Assembly: GCF_009914755.1 (NCBI RefSeq)
Contig: NC_060931.1
Length of the DNA: 64,000 nucleotides
Source of the DNA: the human T2T-CHM13v2.0 reference genome, Homo sapiens
Reading direction: 5' to 3' (one strand)
The notes beneath the pieces are model-generated. The model was not told the origin of the DNA. It saw only the letters and a program-made list of their open reading frames with translations, and did not search any database. Below are positions 1-12,055 of this stretch, in pieces. Position numbers and translations under genes: made by a program. The number at the start of each line of letters is the position of its first letter. Positions within the stretch are counted from its first letter, which is position 1.

Positions 1-459
1 GGCAATAAAAGAGAGGAGAGGGAGAAACAAAGAACAAAAGCAACAAATAGAAAACAAATACAAACATGATAGATAGTAATCAAACTACATCAATCATCAC
101 TTCAAAGGTGAATTGTCTAAATATACCAATTAAAAGACAGATTGTCAGAGTGGATAAAAACACAAGACCCAACTATATGCTGCTACAAGAAACCTACTTT
201 AAATATAAAGATTCTGATAGGTTAAAAGTACATGGATAGAAAAATATATAGCCTGATAACACTAATTGAAAAAAGCTGGAGCACCTATATTAATTTTGGA
301 CAGAACAGACTTCAGGAAAGGGAGATTATCAGAGATAAGGAGAGGCATTACATAATGATAAAGATGTCAATTATCCAAGAAAACACAACGATCCTAAACA
401 GGTATGCAATAACAAAATATGTGGTACCAACTAATGAAATTAAAAAGAGAAATAGACAA
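1..459 (+). mobile_element. Old LINE-1 (L1M) fragment, start of ORF2 endonuclease region
   Basis: Degenerate L1 EN sequence (ccaattaaaagacagattgtcagagtggataaaaa...caagacccaactatatgctgctacaagaaac); ORF 232..522 reads 'IIRDKERHYIMIK', like L1 ORF2 'IKRDKEGHYIMVK'. Confidence 0.85.
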
Positions 460-574
460 GTTTTTTTTTTCCAGTTTGAATTTTTCCTGTTTCACTGCAG
501 AGTATCTATGAAATTTAGATAATGGGAATATATACAGACATTCTTTAATCCCTAGATGAAAGATTTGATGTACA

Positions 575-788
575 TAGTAGTGATCTGATAAATGTTTAAC
601 AACTGACTTCAGGTGGAGGAGGAGAAGAAACCCTGATTTGTAGAATTTGATGATGTCTGCAATATAAATCCTCCCACCATGGTCAGTTTCAAGCTATCAA
701 CATGATATTCCTGAACATGTTGTTAGGAAGAAATGCACATAATTGTCTCAAACGAGCTGTTATGAGGCAGACTCTATCATGCTACTGA
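575..788 (-). mobile_element. MER63A-like hAT DNA transposon (non-autonomous)
   Basis: About 210 bp matching the recalled MER63A reverse complement: taaatgtttaacaac...ccctgatttgtag...ctcccaccatgg...tttcaagcta...ggaagaaatgcacataat; degenerate cagtgg/ccactg-type termini. Confidence 0.7.
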
Positions 789-829
789 ATATCTGAATAA
801 CTTGCTAAGATACTTTTCTTTTTTAAAAA

Positions 830-3800
830 ATAAAATTGTCATTAAAAATCTCATGAAATTAATTTTTAATATATGATGTGAGACAGAAGTTCAATTTTAT
901 TTTCTCCTAAATTAGATATTCACCTGCACCAGCATCATTTACTAAATTAACCATTTTTCTCATATTGAATTGAAATAGCAATTTTGTTATGATAAAAAAT
1001 TAATATACACTGTGAGCTATTTCTGGATAGTATTTCACTGTTGTACTTTTTAATTTGCTAATTCTTGATCCAGTCATACCAATTTTATTATAGTAGCTTT
1101 ATAGTTCTGCTTTTTGGAAAGGCAAGTGTTCTATTATTACTTTTGTTTTAATTGTCTTCAAGAATTGATACAAATTGTAAATCATATGATCCAATCATTA
1201 AAAATAAATTTCTAGCTGTAATGCCATTAAATTTACATATAATTTGGATAACAATGACATTTTCATAATATGGTATACGTTTTTGTTAAAAAAATCTTTA
1301 TTACCTTTAAGTAGTTTATCCTATTTTTATCTTAATTAGGATTCTTACTAGGACTCACTGCTGACTTTTATCAAAGGACTTTTCATAATCTATTGGTATG
1401 ATTATATTATTTTTCTCCAACAATGGAGTGATAGTTTGCATTATGTTCACAGAAATACTGTTATTAAACCTCCTTTGCATAATTGGATTTTCTTTGATAA
1501 CATATTTTGCAACTATATCCATCAAAGAGTTTTGTCTATAGTTTTCTTTGGGGTATTACATATATTATTTTTTATATTCAAGTTATTCTGTCTTCATAAA
1601 ATAATTCAGAACTATTCATCACTTTCAATAGTCTGACATAGTTAAGTAACATGAAATTCATTTTTTTAAATTTAGATACAAATTAGAGGTAACTCCACCT
1701 GTCCTCATGTTTCATTTTAATGGTAATCTTTAATCACCTGAATGACTTTTATAATCTCTTTTATGTTAATTCATTTAGTCAAGAATTTTTTCCCTTAGAG
1801 GTTATGTTTGATCATTTCCTTTATTTAAAATATCTTGACAGAATGGCAAAGCTTTTTACAATCTACTAATTCTCAATATTTGCATTATTTTGCTTTGTTA
1901 CTGTTATTCTTTCTTAATCAGCCTAATACAGCATTTACCCTTTACCCTTTTTTCCCCATTGTACTGTTATCTTTTCTTTGTTTTTGTTTATATTTCACTA
2001 ATTTCAGCTTTTATATTTATTAGTTTCCTCTTCTAAGTTTCCTTTTATCTTGTTATACAATTTACATTTGTTTGAGATAAATAGTAATATTCTATTTAGT
2101 TTAATGAAGGCATTTAAACTTATTTTCTTTTGATTACAGGTTTCTCTCTGTGCTTTATAATTTGTGATGAGATGTTTTCTTTTTTATAACTTTCTTGCTT
2201 GTAAGTAATTTCATTTTTACATTTTGTAATTCAAAGGTTGTCTAGAAGCAGGTTTCTTCATTTCTAAAGAGTTAGAATTTTTATTATCATTTATTAAATT
2301 TTATTATTTACTTTACATTTTATTAAATTTTATAAAAAACAACTATGGCTGTAAAAAGTTTTCTAAGTAAAAACATATAGTTTTGTAATTGTTCATGGAT
2401 ACATGCAGATGTATATTATCATTTCATATATATGTATATGATCTTTACATCTTAATGAAGTATTATGTAATATATATGTATGATTTCATTTAATTTTTAT
2501 GCCTTTACCAAAATGTGTATGTTATGTGTTTTTGACTATAAAATGGGTATATTAAAATATCTCATCATAATTTTACTTTGCAAGATAGTCTTATATTCAG
2601 ACTAGTTTTATTCTCTGTCAATTGTAATGCTTAGAAATATAGAATTGTGTATGTTATGTCCTCTCCATGAATCACATTTTTATCATTTTCTACTACTTTC
2701 TTTGTAATGTTTAGTATTTTTAATTTATATTGCACCCTGTGTAATGTTAATATTGTTATTACTGCTTAGCTTTTTATTAGCAGTTGCTTGATTTCTCTTT
2801 ATCCATTTTCTTTATTTTCAGTCTTTCTTTATCACTTATTTTTTAGTGTATTTCCTGTGATGCGTCTATTTCTGGGTTCTGGGTTGTAGTCCAAACTGAG
2901 TCTCTGACTTAAGGGGATCTGAAGCCATTCATGTTTAGTTTAGTATCTGATATACTTGGTTTTATTTCTTCCATTTTAATTTATGGTTGACTGTTTATTA
3001 TTCTTCATGATTTTCTATTTACAGATCTGTATGTTTGCTGATATAAAGTCACTATTTCATGTATCTCCTTTGTTTCTTTGAAAGTTCTTTGCTTTTCTAC
3101 AAAGTGTTAATAATAGGATCCTAATGAAACGCATCATTGAGTACTTATTCTCAACTGTTACATGAAAACAACACAGCCACCATTTCTCCTCCAACAATGT
3201 GCCTTCCCTCAGGCCCAAAAGATGAAACTTGTAAAATGTCTTTACTGCTTCACTCTAAATTACCTTTGGAAAAGGTTTTTACTTTTTTATTCCTTTTCCT
3301 ACCTCAATTTATTGAATTTGACAAAATCCCCTACTTCTTTTGGTCCCAGACTATTTTTAAATTTTTTAATTGCTGCATCATTATTTAACATTATACACTG
3401 ATTTATCTATTTACATACATATGAAAGGAATTGGTTCATTGCTGATTAGTGTTTTCTCTCTTTTTCCCTCTCTTGATAACTCTCTTGAGATTTTTTTGTC
3501 ACTTGGTAGGAATCCCTTCCAAAGTGTTTTGCTTATAAAAATTGGATGTAATTTTAAAATACTGTATATCAGCAAATATCTTCCTTTCTCCTTACAGATG
3601 AATGCTATCTTGGTTAGAATAATGGATTCTCAGGTTTCAGACCTTCTCACTCATGTCTGTAGTTGTCATTCCATGGTCTTCTAACTTCTAATGTTACAAA
3701 TGAGATGATTGATTGCTGTCTCCTTCTCTTTTTAAATAACTTATTATTTATGTTTGGAGGCTATTTTCCTTTTATTCTTAAAATTCTGAAATTTTACTAG

Positions 3801-4200
3801 GATATGCCTGGTGATGCTTAGAAATATAGAATTGTTTATTTGTACATAAAAATAGTATATATAAATATAGAATTGTTCTATAGAAATATAGAATTTTACC
3901 AGGATATGCCTGGTAAAATTCCTCAATAATTCTCCCCACAAGTAAAATATGTATTTAGGGTCCTTTTTGAGCAGAGAGGATTCTTCTTTAATTATTTATT
4001 TGCTTACTGATTACCTTGCCTCCCTCTTCCTTTTTTTTGTGAAACTGCTATTGGTCTAATGACTATGTCTTCCTTGTTTTTAAATTTTACTTTGCATTTT
4101 CTTGGACATGGTCTGCTTATAAGACACATCGTCACACCTTTGGGTCTACTTTCCCTTCTCAGCACTCCCCAGTGGATTTTGATAGGAATGAAAAAACAAG
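830..4200 (-). mobile_element. Highly decayed L1M (L1ME/L1MC-age) fragments spanning ORF2 to ORF1 region
   Basis: T-rich top strand with antisense L1 motifs (ccagcatcatttac; ctattggtatgatt; ccattcatgttta near 2925; ttctgaaattttactaggat near 3785). Boundaries approximate. Confidence 0.65.
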
Positions 4201-5775
4201 AAACATGAAAAGAGGCAATATTCACCAAAAATTGATGTTCTCCTTATCCAAATATCCAGATATTGTGAGAAGCATCCATGAGTTCTTGTTGCAAGGTCCT
4301 TTCCGTTACCTTCTTCCCTGAAGGGAGAGGTATATGTTCCAGTTTGACTACTTATCCCTCAGCTCTCACCCCCAATGGTATATCTTCCTACATCTCTCTT
4401 AGGGGATTATTCCCATCCATATCAGCAGTCAGCTGTCTTAAATAACATACCTACAAGATGAGTCAAACTCAGCTACTTCTTCTGTGCCTGCTTGACACAT
4501 GAAGAATTCCTCTACTCATACTACATCAAGCAGTCGGAAAGCAGCCTGCTCTACAGTTCCAATCTATACCCACTGTCTCTCTCCAATTTTCTTTCCATTT
4601 CCACATCCAGTAAGATATGCACAGAAAATAGTAGAATGTATGCTGCATAAGCAGACATGCAAACAGGAAACGAGATGCCAGCCTCCTCTTTTGATAGGCA
4701 TTTCTAATATCTTGACAATCATTCCTCAGAACCTCCCTCACTTAGTTGTATGGGAGTTGTGGTGGAAGGGGTTATAGAGCAAGCCCCATCTATGGAGAGA
4801 AGGAAAAGACTCCTAGGCCGACCATTTATTGTACTATGGACTTACGCCTCTCAGTGCTGTTTGCTGCTTACAGAAACTAGGAATAGGAATAATATTTGAG
4901 GGTAATACAGTGATTTAGCTTCATTACAAGCTTTGAAGGCATCTATGGCCCGAGTTGTTTAGTGCTTACTGGCTCTTTGTCTTCATCTTTGGGTACCAGT
5001 CTCCAGAGTCTTATTCAACATTCAATTCTACTGCTTAGCTTCTATTAATTTAAGGTTGAGACGGTTATATACTGTGAGAAATACATGTCAGCCTTTAAGC
5101 TACCTACAAATAAAAGCTGCTCTACTACTTGCACTATTTCTTTTTTCCCTTTTGTGTTTGGATGTTAATAAATTCAAATAAAACGTGGGACAGCACCTAA
5201 CATTCCAGTAGAAAAATTTTCTCCATCCCAAAATTACATAACAGACTTATGAAAAACTAGCACTGATAAAAACAATATACTTTTCTTCATACAACTAAAC
5301 TCTGGGCCCCTATTTACTCATGCTACCCAAAACAGATGCTGTCACCTACAAAGACTCATCTCATCGGCATTGTAAATAAATTGGGGGATGGTAAGCACTT
5401 GTAATAATCACAATTGTGAGCTATTCATGAAATTCATTTGTTATATATAGCCCAAGAATGTTGTGCCTAATTTTTCAATGTCATCGCTATCTCTACAAGA
5501 GTTGTCACAGTGCAGTCTTGTATTAGCTCACAAAAATCATCTGTCTTTTCAATGGACTTTTTAGTTCACAGCAGGGGGTAACCCCATTGTTGTACTATAA
5601 TGTGTTGCACTATGAAGCAATCATATAAAACTAATTCTAGGCTTCTGTCTTTATCACATGCAGCAGTAAAACAACTAATTTGCTTAATTCTAGGAAATAC
5701 AAGAGGAACATTGTCTGTTCAAAGCAAAGAGAGTGGAACTGAATATAGGATAATAAGAAATGATTGAAAAAGCGG

Positions 5776-6209
<434 letters not shown>

Positions 6210-6499
6210 TCAAAGAATGGGGGTTAGAGAGGTGGGTTTCCCCACAACATAAGGACTTGTCCTACAGCTCTCCAGGAGTCCTCAGAAAACTCAGAGTTTG
6301 GCCTATTGTAAAGCTGAAACAGAAGGGACATTTCTTCATGGGAAGTTTATTACTGAAATGCATGAATGTTGGACTAGAAGACCCATAATCCCTTTGACTC
6401 TTAGCCATGATTTTATGGTTTGCTTTCCCTTCTTTCTTAAAAAATTAGTGTGAATTATTTACGACACACCCCGGTGATTGCTTATGTCTTAAAATGTAG

Positions 6500-6965
6500 A
6501 GCATTAATAAAGTAGTAGATACCCCCCTGTATGCTTTTATTCTGACACCTTACTTCCCTTCAGAGGAAACCATCATCCTAAATATAAAAGGTATTATTCT
6601 CATACTTTGTTTTGTATTTTTATTGCAGACACAATTATCCCTAAATGATGCTTGGTATTGGACAGCATGTTTCTAAGCTTCATGTAGAAGATGTCATACT
6701 TCATATAAATACTATCATACTTTATGTACTCTACTGAGTTTTGTTTTTTTCTCGGCATTTTTTATTAAATTCATCCATACTTGTATAGACAGCTCTATTG
6801 CATTTATTTTTACAAATTTATGGAATTCTATTATATTACTATAGTTTAATTTGTTGTTTATTCCCTTGGCCTATAATTATTTTCAATTTTAGGCACTTTA
6901 AGTAATGCTTCCATGAACGTTCTTGTCAATGTTGACAAATGCAAGAGCTTTCCACGGGGTATGTA
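6500..6965 (-). mobile_element. Old L1ME-like 3' end fragment
   Basis: Antisense L1 3' motifs: ccttcagaggaaaccatcatcc, ttcatccat, gcttccatgaacgttcttg. Confidence 0.55.
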
Positions 6966-8536
6966 AAAGGGTGATTAATATTTCCTTCCTTGTATTGGTG
7001 GGGTGGGCTTATGGACACAGCATATAATTTTCTTCAAGTGTATTGATTTTGGCTCAGAATCTCTTCAGTTTCTCCAGTTGTTTCCAAATCTTTCATCTTC
7101 CTCTTTTACTTTTTCTTTCTCTTTTTTAACCCTTCTCCCTCTAGTCCCAATCTTCTGTGTTATGAATAAATAAGATTCCTTTTCTTCTACCTACATTGTC
7201 AAGACACCACCAACTCACCAGAGCATCCCCTTTGCCTTTGGGTGTTTGTGACAATGAAACAATTGGCCTGTGAGGTAGGACAAATTTCTGTGAGCTTTAT
7301 TTCTTTTGCTCTTCTTGCAATATTGACTCTGCATATCATCCAAAAATGCTATTCAAGACTAGATGCCCATGGCTTAAGAGATCTTGTTGGCCAAATGACA
7401 CTTTATAGAAACATTAAGGTACTATATTTATAGGATTTAAATTACTGTATTTCCAAAGGAAGTCCTTGGGAAGAAAAGATAGAATTCAAATTTTTTGTTC
7501 AATTTTTAAATCTGTTTTTTTAAGAGCAAAGACAAAAACAAAAGTAAAGCAAATGTACACTGCATAATTTAAAATAGTTTTTGATATCGAGCTAAATATA
7601 TCAAATGAAATCCCTATTACTCTTCCAGAGAGGCCTATGTTGATGTCTCTGAGGAAGGCCTAAGGAATTCATAAGCCAACTACTATGTAAAAAGAATACC
7701 TGGAGAACAACTCTTAAATCCCAGCTGGCAAGCTGCTTGTAGTCTGAAGTATGTAAATAAAAACTTTTTATTTTTTCTTCTTGTATTACAAGTACTCCTC
7801 TGAAATATACAACAACTTTTAATTCAAATGCAAACATGATCAATTAAGTGGACAACTAAATAATAGAATTAATTCAAATGAAGGTTAAATTTCACTCAAC
7901 TAACTGAATTAAAGGAGATTTCCTTTTATGAGTTTATGGAAATCATTCAGTTTTTTTGTTGGTTTTATTAGAAATTGAACTTGAACTGAATAAACTGAAC
8001 TTGAATTGATGAAAACTAAATTTTTTATCAATATAAAAAAGATAAAATGGAGGAAAGTAGACATGTATTGTTTTGTTTAAGACCTTCGGTTCCAATAACG
8101 TAGCTAAAGTAAAGGCTGGATGTGTAGGTTATTAAAGGATGCATGTGGAGTACTGGGTGGGATAGAATTTCATGAGACAGAAACCAGAGTAGACTTGGGC
8201 ACTCCAGACCCAAAGCAAATCGAGAAATCCCACTAGTAGAGACATATAGTATTAACTCCTCTTGGTATCTGTCCCAAAATTCTTCTTCCTAACCATAATG
8301 CAACCTATACATTATATATTTTCAAAATCTCTGTTGAACTAACGGCTTCTTCTCTCTCATCCTTTGATTTGTCATCATTTCTTATATTCCTGTTCTCCCT
8401 TACGACTTTTGCAATATACTCATTCAGCTTAGTTTCCTCCCTGTTCATGACATTAGTCTCAGAAAACTTCCCATGTAAAATTTCGATGAGGTAGAATATA
8501 ATTGACCCAGTTACCTATTTGTGTGAGGCCACATGA

Positions 8537-8843
<307 letters not shown>

Positions 8844-8964
8844 CTGAGCAGCCTATTAACTGGCTGTCCACCACCGGCCTAATTAGCTGTGGCAGGAAGT
8901 AGGGAAAGAGTCATACTGTGGAAAGCGAAGCCATATAGCACTGCCCTTCCCTAGTGCTTAAGTA

Positions 8965-9027
8965 TTAGGTTGGTGCAAAAGTAATTGCGGGCCATTAATG
9001 ACCAAAATTACTTTTGCACCAACCTAA
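8965..9027. mobile_element. MADE1 (Hsmar1-derived mariner MITE), internally deleted
   Basis: ttaggttggtgcaaaagtaatt...aattacttttgcaccaacctaa perfect 22-bp inverted termini, flanked by TA on both sides. Confidence 0.95.
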
Positions 9028-9730
9028 TATCTTAGAAGTATGCAGCCCCTTCTCATGTAACAGTGCCCTCCCCTTCAGTTGTGAGAGCGGAACATGATTG
9101 GACTTAAAGTTGGGGCAGGATTAGATCCCTACATGGATCAGTTAGAAATGTTTTTACTGTGGTAAACTGTGACCAGTTTGCATTCTGAGCAGCTGACTCC
9201 ACTGATATGTCAGCCACTAGTCACTATGGGATGCAATTTTAAAAATGCAACTTATCTCCATTGCAAGGAAAAATAATAACAAACAACAATACATGTTGCT
9301 CATATTGTTGAGCATCTATGGAGTACTGTTTGAGTCAGGCAAGTTGTCAGCATTTTGCTTGCAGTTTTGATGGTTGATCTGCAGCCCCTGGCAACATGCA
9401 GGAAGCATGGCACAATATTTACTCAGTACAGGAGAGAACACTTTCCCCTTTGTCCTTATGCACTCTCTTTTCCTTGGGGATTTTCTCCTCTTTATTTAGC
9501 ATTTTCCTCCAAATCTCCAGCATCTGCCTTCCCTGATTGATTCAGCCTGCAGACACCTACATCCAGTTAAAACTCTTTGTGGGAGATAGGAACTATCCCC
9601 AACCTTGTTTGTCCCTGGAACTAGATTAGGAGCACGTGCAGCTTTTACTTCAATGCCCTGGGAGTCATAACCTCCCACCATAATCTCCTCATCCTTGAAA
9701 AGAACCCCCTGTGAAGAAATAAAAATAGAT

Positions 9731-10001
9731 GGGCCTGTAAATCCCAGCACTTTGGAAGGCCAAGGCAGGTGAATCACCTGGGATGAGGAGTTCAAGGCCA
9801 GCCTGACCAACATGGTGAAACCCCATCTCTACTAAAAATACAAAAATTATCTGGGTGTGGTGGTGGGTGCCTGGAATCCCAGCTGCTCAGGAGGCTGAGG
9901 CAGGAGAATTGCTTGAACCCAGGAGGAGGAGGTTGTAGTGAGCCAGATGGTGCCACTGCACTCCAGACTGGATGACAGAGCAAGAGTCTGTCTCAAAAAA
10001 A
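9731..10001 (+). mobile_element. AluS (Sx/Sz-like), 5' end eroded
   Basis: Dimeric Alu with middle A-rich linker (ctactaaaaatacaaaaatta); residual TSD agatgg on both sides (9727 and 10209). Confidence 0.9.
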
Positions 10002-10097
10002 GAAAGGAAGGGAAGGGAAGGGAAGGGAAGGGAAGGGAAGGGAAGGGGGAGGGAGAGAGGAAGGAGGGAAGGAAGGAGGGAAGAAAGAGAGAGAAAG

Positions 10098-10147
<50 letters not shown>

Positions 10148-10211
10148 GAAGGAAGGAAGGAAGGAAGAAAGAAAGAAAAGAAAGAAAGAAAGAGAGAAAG
10201 AGAGAGAGAGA
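9995..10211 (+). repeat. Compound purine microsatellite derived from Alu tail: (AAGGG)8, (GAAA)12, (GGAA)5, (GA)n
   Basis: 217 consecutive purines read directly; AAGGG x8 at 10008-10047, GAAA x12 at 10099-10146, GGAA x5 at 10147-10166. Confidence 0.97.
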
Positions 10212-11039
10212 TGGAGGATGGAGAAGGGAGCCCCTGGAGACTTGTCATCAGGGCAATATTTAAGTCAGCCATACGGTATGATTGATTGCAAAGGTTATAC
10301 CTGACCCACGGAGAATGACTAAGGGCTAGATCACTGGATTTCCAAAGTCTCTTGTAGGTGAGAATTGTATTCAATAATATCACCCACTCAGGACATTAGA
10401 AAACTTTTTGTTATCATTTAAACTAGAAAGAGCCCCTACTAAAAGTACTCCCTGGACCACCCACTAGGGAAATAGGAAACTAAAAAGATAAAGCAGAAGA
10501 TTGTTAAATAGAGAGAAAGGAACTTTTTAAAATGCAGGTAATCACTCACTAAAAGAATCTCAAAATGACTGATTTATTTTGAATATTCAAGACCTTTATT
10601 TATGTTGATAACAGGCTTAGGCAACAATCACAGTCTCCTTTAATGTAGGCCACCACTCAATAATAGCATAATTATGCAATTCAGTATATCCTACCTAATG
10701 AAAATACAACTGAACCAGCTTACAGCTCACTGTGATTTTTGCAGTCAGCTCTACACTTGATGGATTTTGTGGTCAGCTAACCATGTATCTTCTCCTGGCC
10801 TCACTACCATACATACAAGGAACAATATTCATAGAAACAGTTACTTAAAGTACAAAATCTAAATATTGCTGATGCTTTTTACAAATATAAATTGCAAATT
10901 TAAAATTGCTATTTAGAAAACAAATTCATTACTGTAAACAGGCAAACTATGAATGATTACACAAAGAGAACAAAAGCTTAATTTAGATAGGATTTAGACG
11001 TAGAATTCTCTTAAATAAATAAACAATGGGGGGCAGTTC

Positions 11040-11050
11040 CAAGATGGCCG
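11040..11050 (+). promoter_or_regulatory. YY1 site of the L1 internal promoter
   Basis: CAAGATGGCCG intact near the L1 5' end. Confidence 0.8.
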
Positions 11051-11217
11051 AATAGGAACAGTTCCAGTCTACAGCTGTCAGCATGAGCGACGCAGAAGAC
11101 GGATGATTTCTGCATTTCCAACTGAAGTACCGGGTTCATCTCACTGCGGATTGTCGGACAGTGGGTGCAGGACAGCGCGTGCAGCGCACCGAGTGTGAGC
11201 TGAAGAAGGGCGAGGCA

Positions 11218-11481
11218 TCACTTCACCCAGGAAGTGCAAGGGGTCAGGGAATTCCCTTTCCTAGCCCAGGAAAGGGGTGACAGACGGCACCTGGAAAATC
11301 GAGTCACTCCCACCCTAATACTGCGCTTTTCCAACAGTCTTAGCAAACGGCACACCAGGAGATTATGTCCTGCACCTGGCTCGGAGGGTCCAACGCCCAA
11401 GGCACCTTGCTCATTCCTAGCACAACAGTCTGAGATCAAACTGCAAGGTGGCAGTGAGGCTGGGGAAGGGGTACCCACCAT
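11218..11481 (-). CDS. L1 ORF0 (antisense 5'UTR ORF), intact, 87 aa
   Basis: MVGTPSPASLPPCSLISDCC...GVGPSEPG...EKRSIRVGVTRFSRC matches primate L1 ORF0; ATG in gcaATGG context; expression not shown by sequence. Confidence 0.6.
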   Translation of the reverse strand: MVGTPSPASLPPCSLISDCCARNEQGALGVGPSEPGAGHNLLVCRLLRLLEKRSIRVGVTRFSRCRLSPLSWARKGNSLTPCTSWVK

Positions 11482-11798
11482 TGCTGAGGCTTGAGTAGGT
11501 AAACAAAGTGGCCAGGAAGCTCAAACTGGGTGGAGCCCCCCATAGCATAGGGAGCCTGCCTGCCTCTGTAGACTCCACCTCTGGGGGCAGGGCATAGCCA
11601 AACAAAAGGCAGCAGAATCCTCTGCAGACTTAAATGTCCCTGTCTGACAGCACGGAAGACAGTACTGGTTCTCCCAGCACGCAGCTTGAGATCTGAGAAT
11701 GGACAGACTGCCTCCTCAAGTGGGTCCCTGACCCCTGAGTAGCCTAACTGGGAGGCACCCCCCATTAGGGGCAGATTGACACCTCACACAGCCAGGTA

Positions 11799-11927
11799 CC
11801 CCTCTGAGACAAAACAGTCAGGGGAACGATCAGGCAGCAACATTTGCTGTTCACGAATGTTCACTGTTCTGCAGCCTCTGCTGCTGATACCCAGGCAAAC
11901 AGGGTCTGGAGTGGACCTCTGGCAAAC
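11799..11927 (+). promoter_or_regulatory. 129-bp L1 5'UTR segment containing the ZNF93 binding region
   Basis: Exactly 129 nt between ...caggta and tccaacacac..., the segment missing from L1HS; includes ctgcagcctctgctgctg. Confidence 0.75.
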
Positions 11928-12055
11928 TCCAACACACTTGCAGCTGAGGGTCCTGACTGTTAGAAGGAAAATTAACAAACAGAAAGGACATCCACACCAA
12001 AACCCCATCTGTATGTCGCCATCATCAAAGACCAAAGGTAGATAAAACCACAAAT

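Noticed and set aside
7030-7190. K/E-rich minus-strand reading that looks exon-like
   Set aside because: In-frame stop, no acceptor tract; reflects low-complexity pyrimidine sequence.
9847-10383. 178-aa, 115-aa and 110-aa ORFs rich in F/L/S or K/E/R
   Set aside because: Translations of the purine microsatellite and Alu; the repeat simply lacks stop codons.
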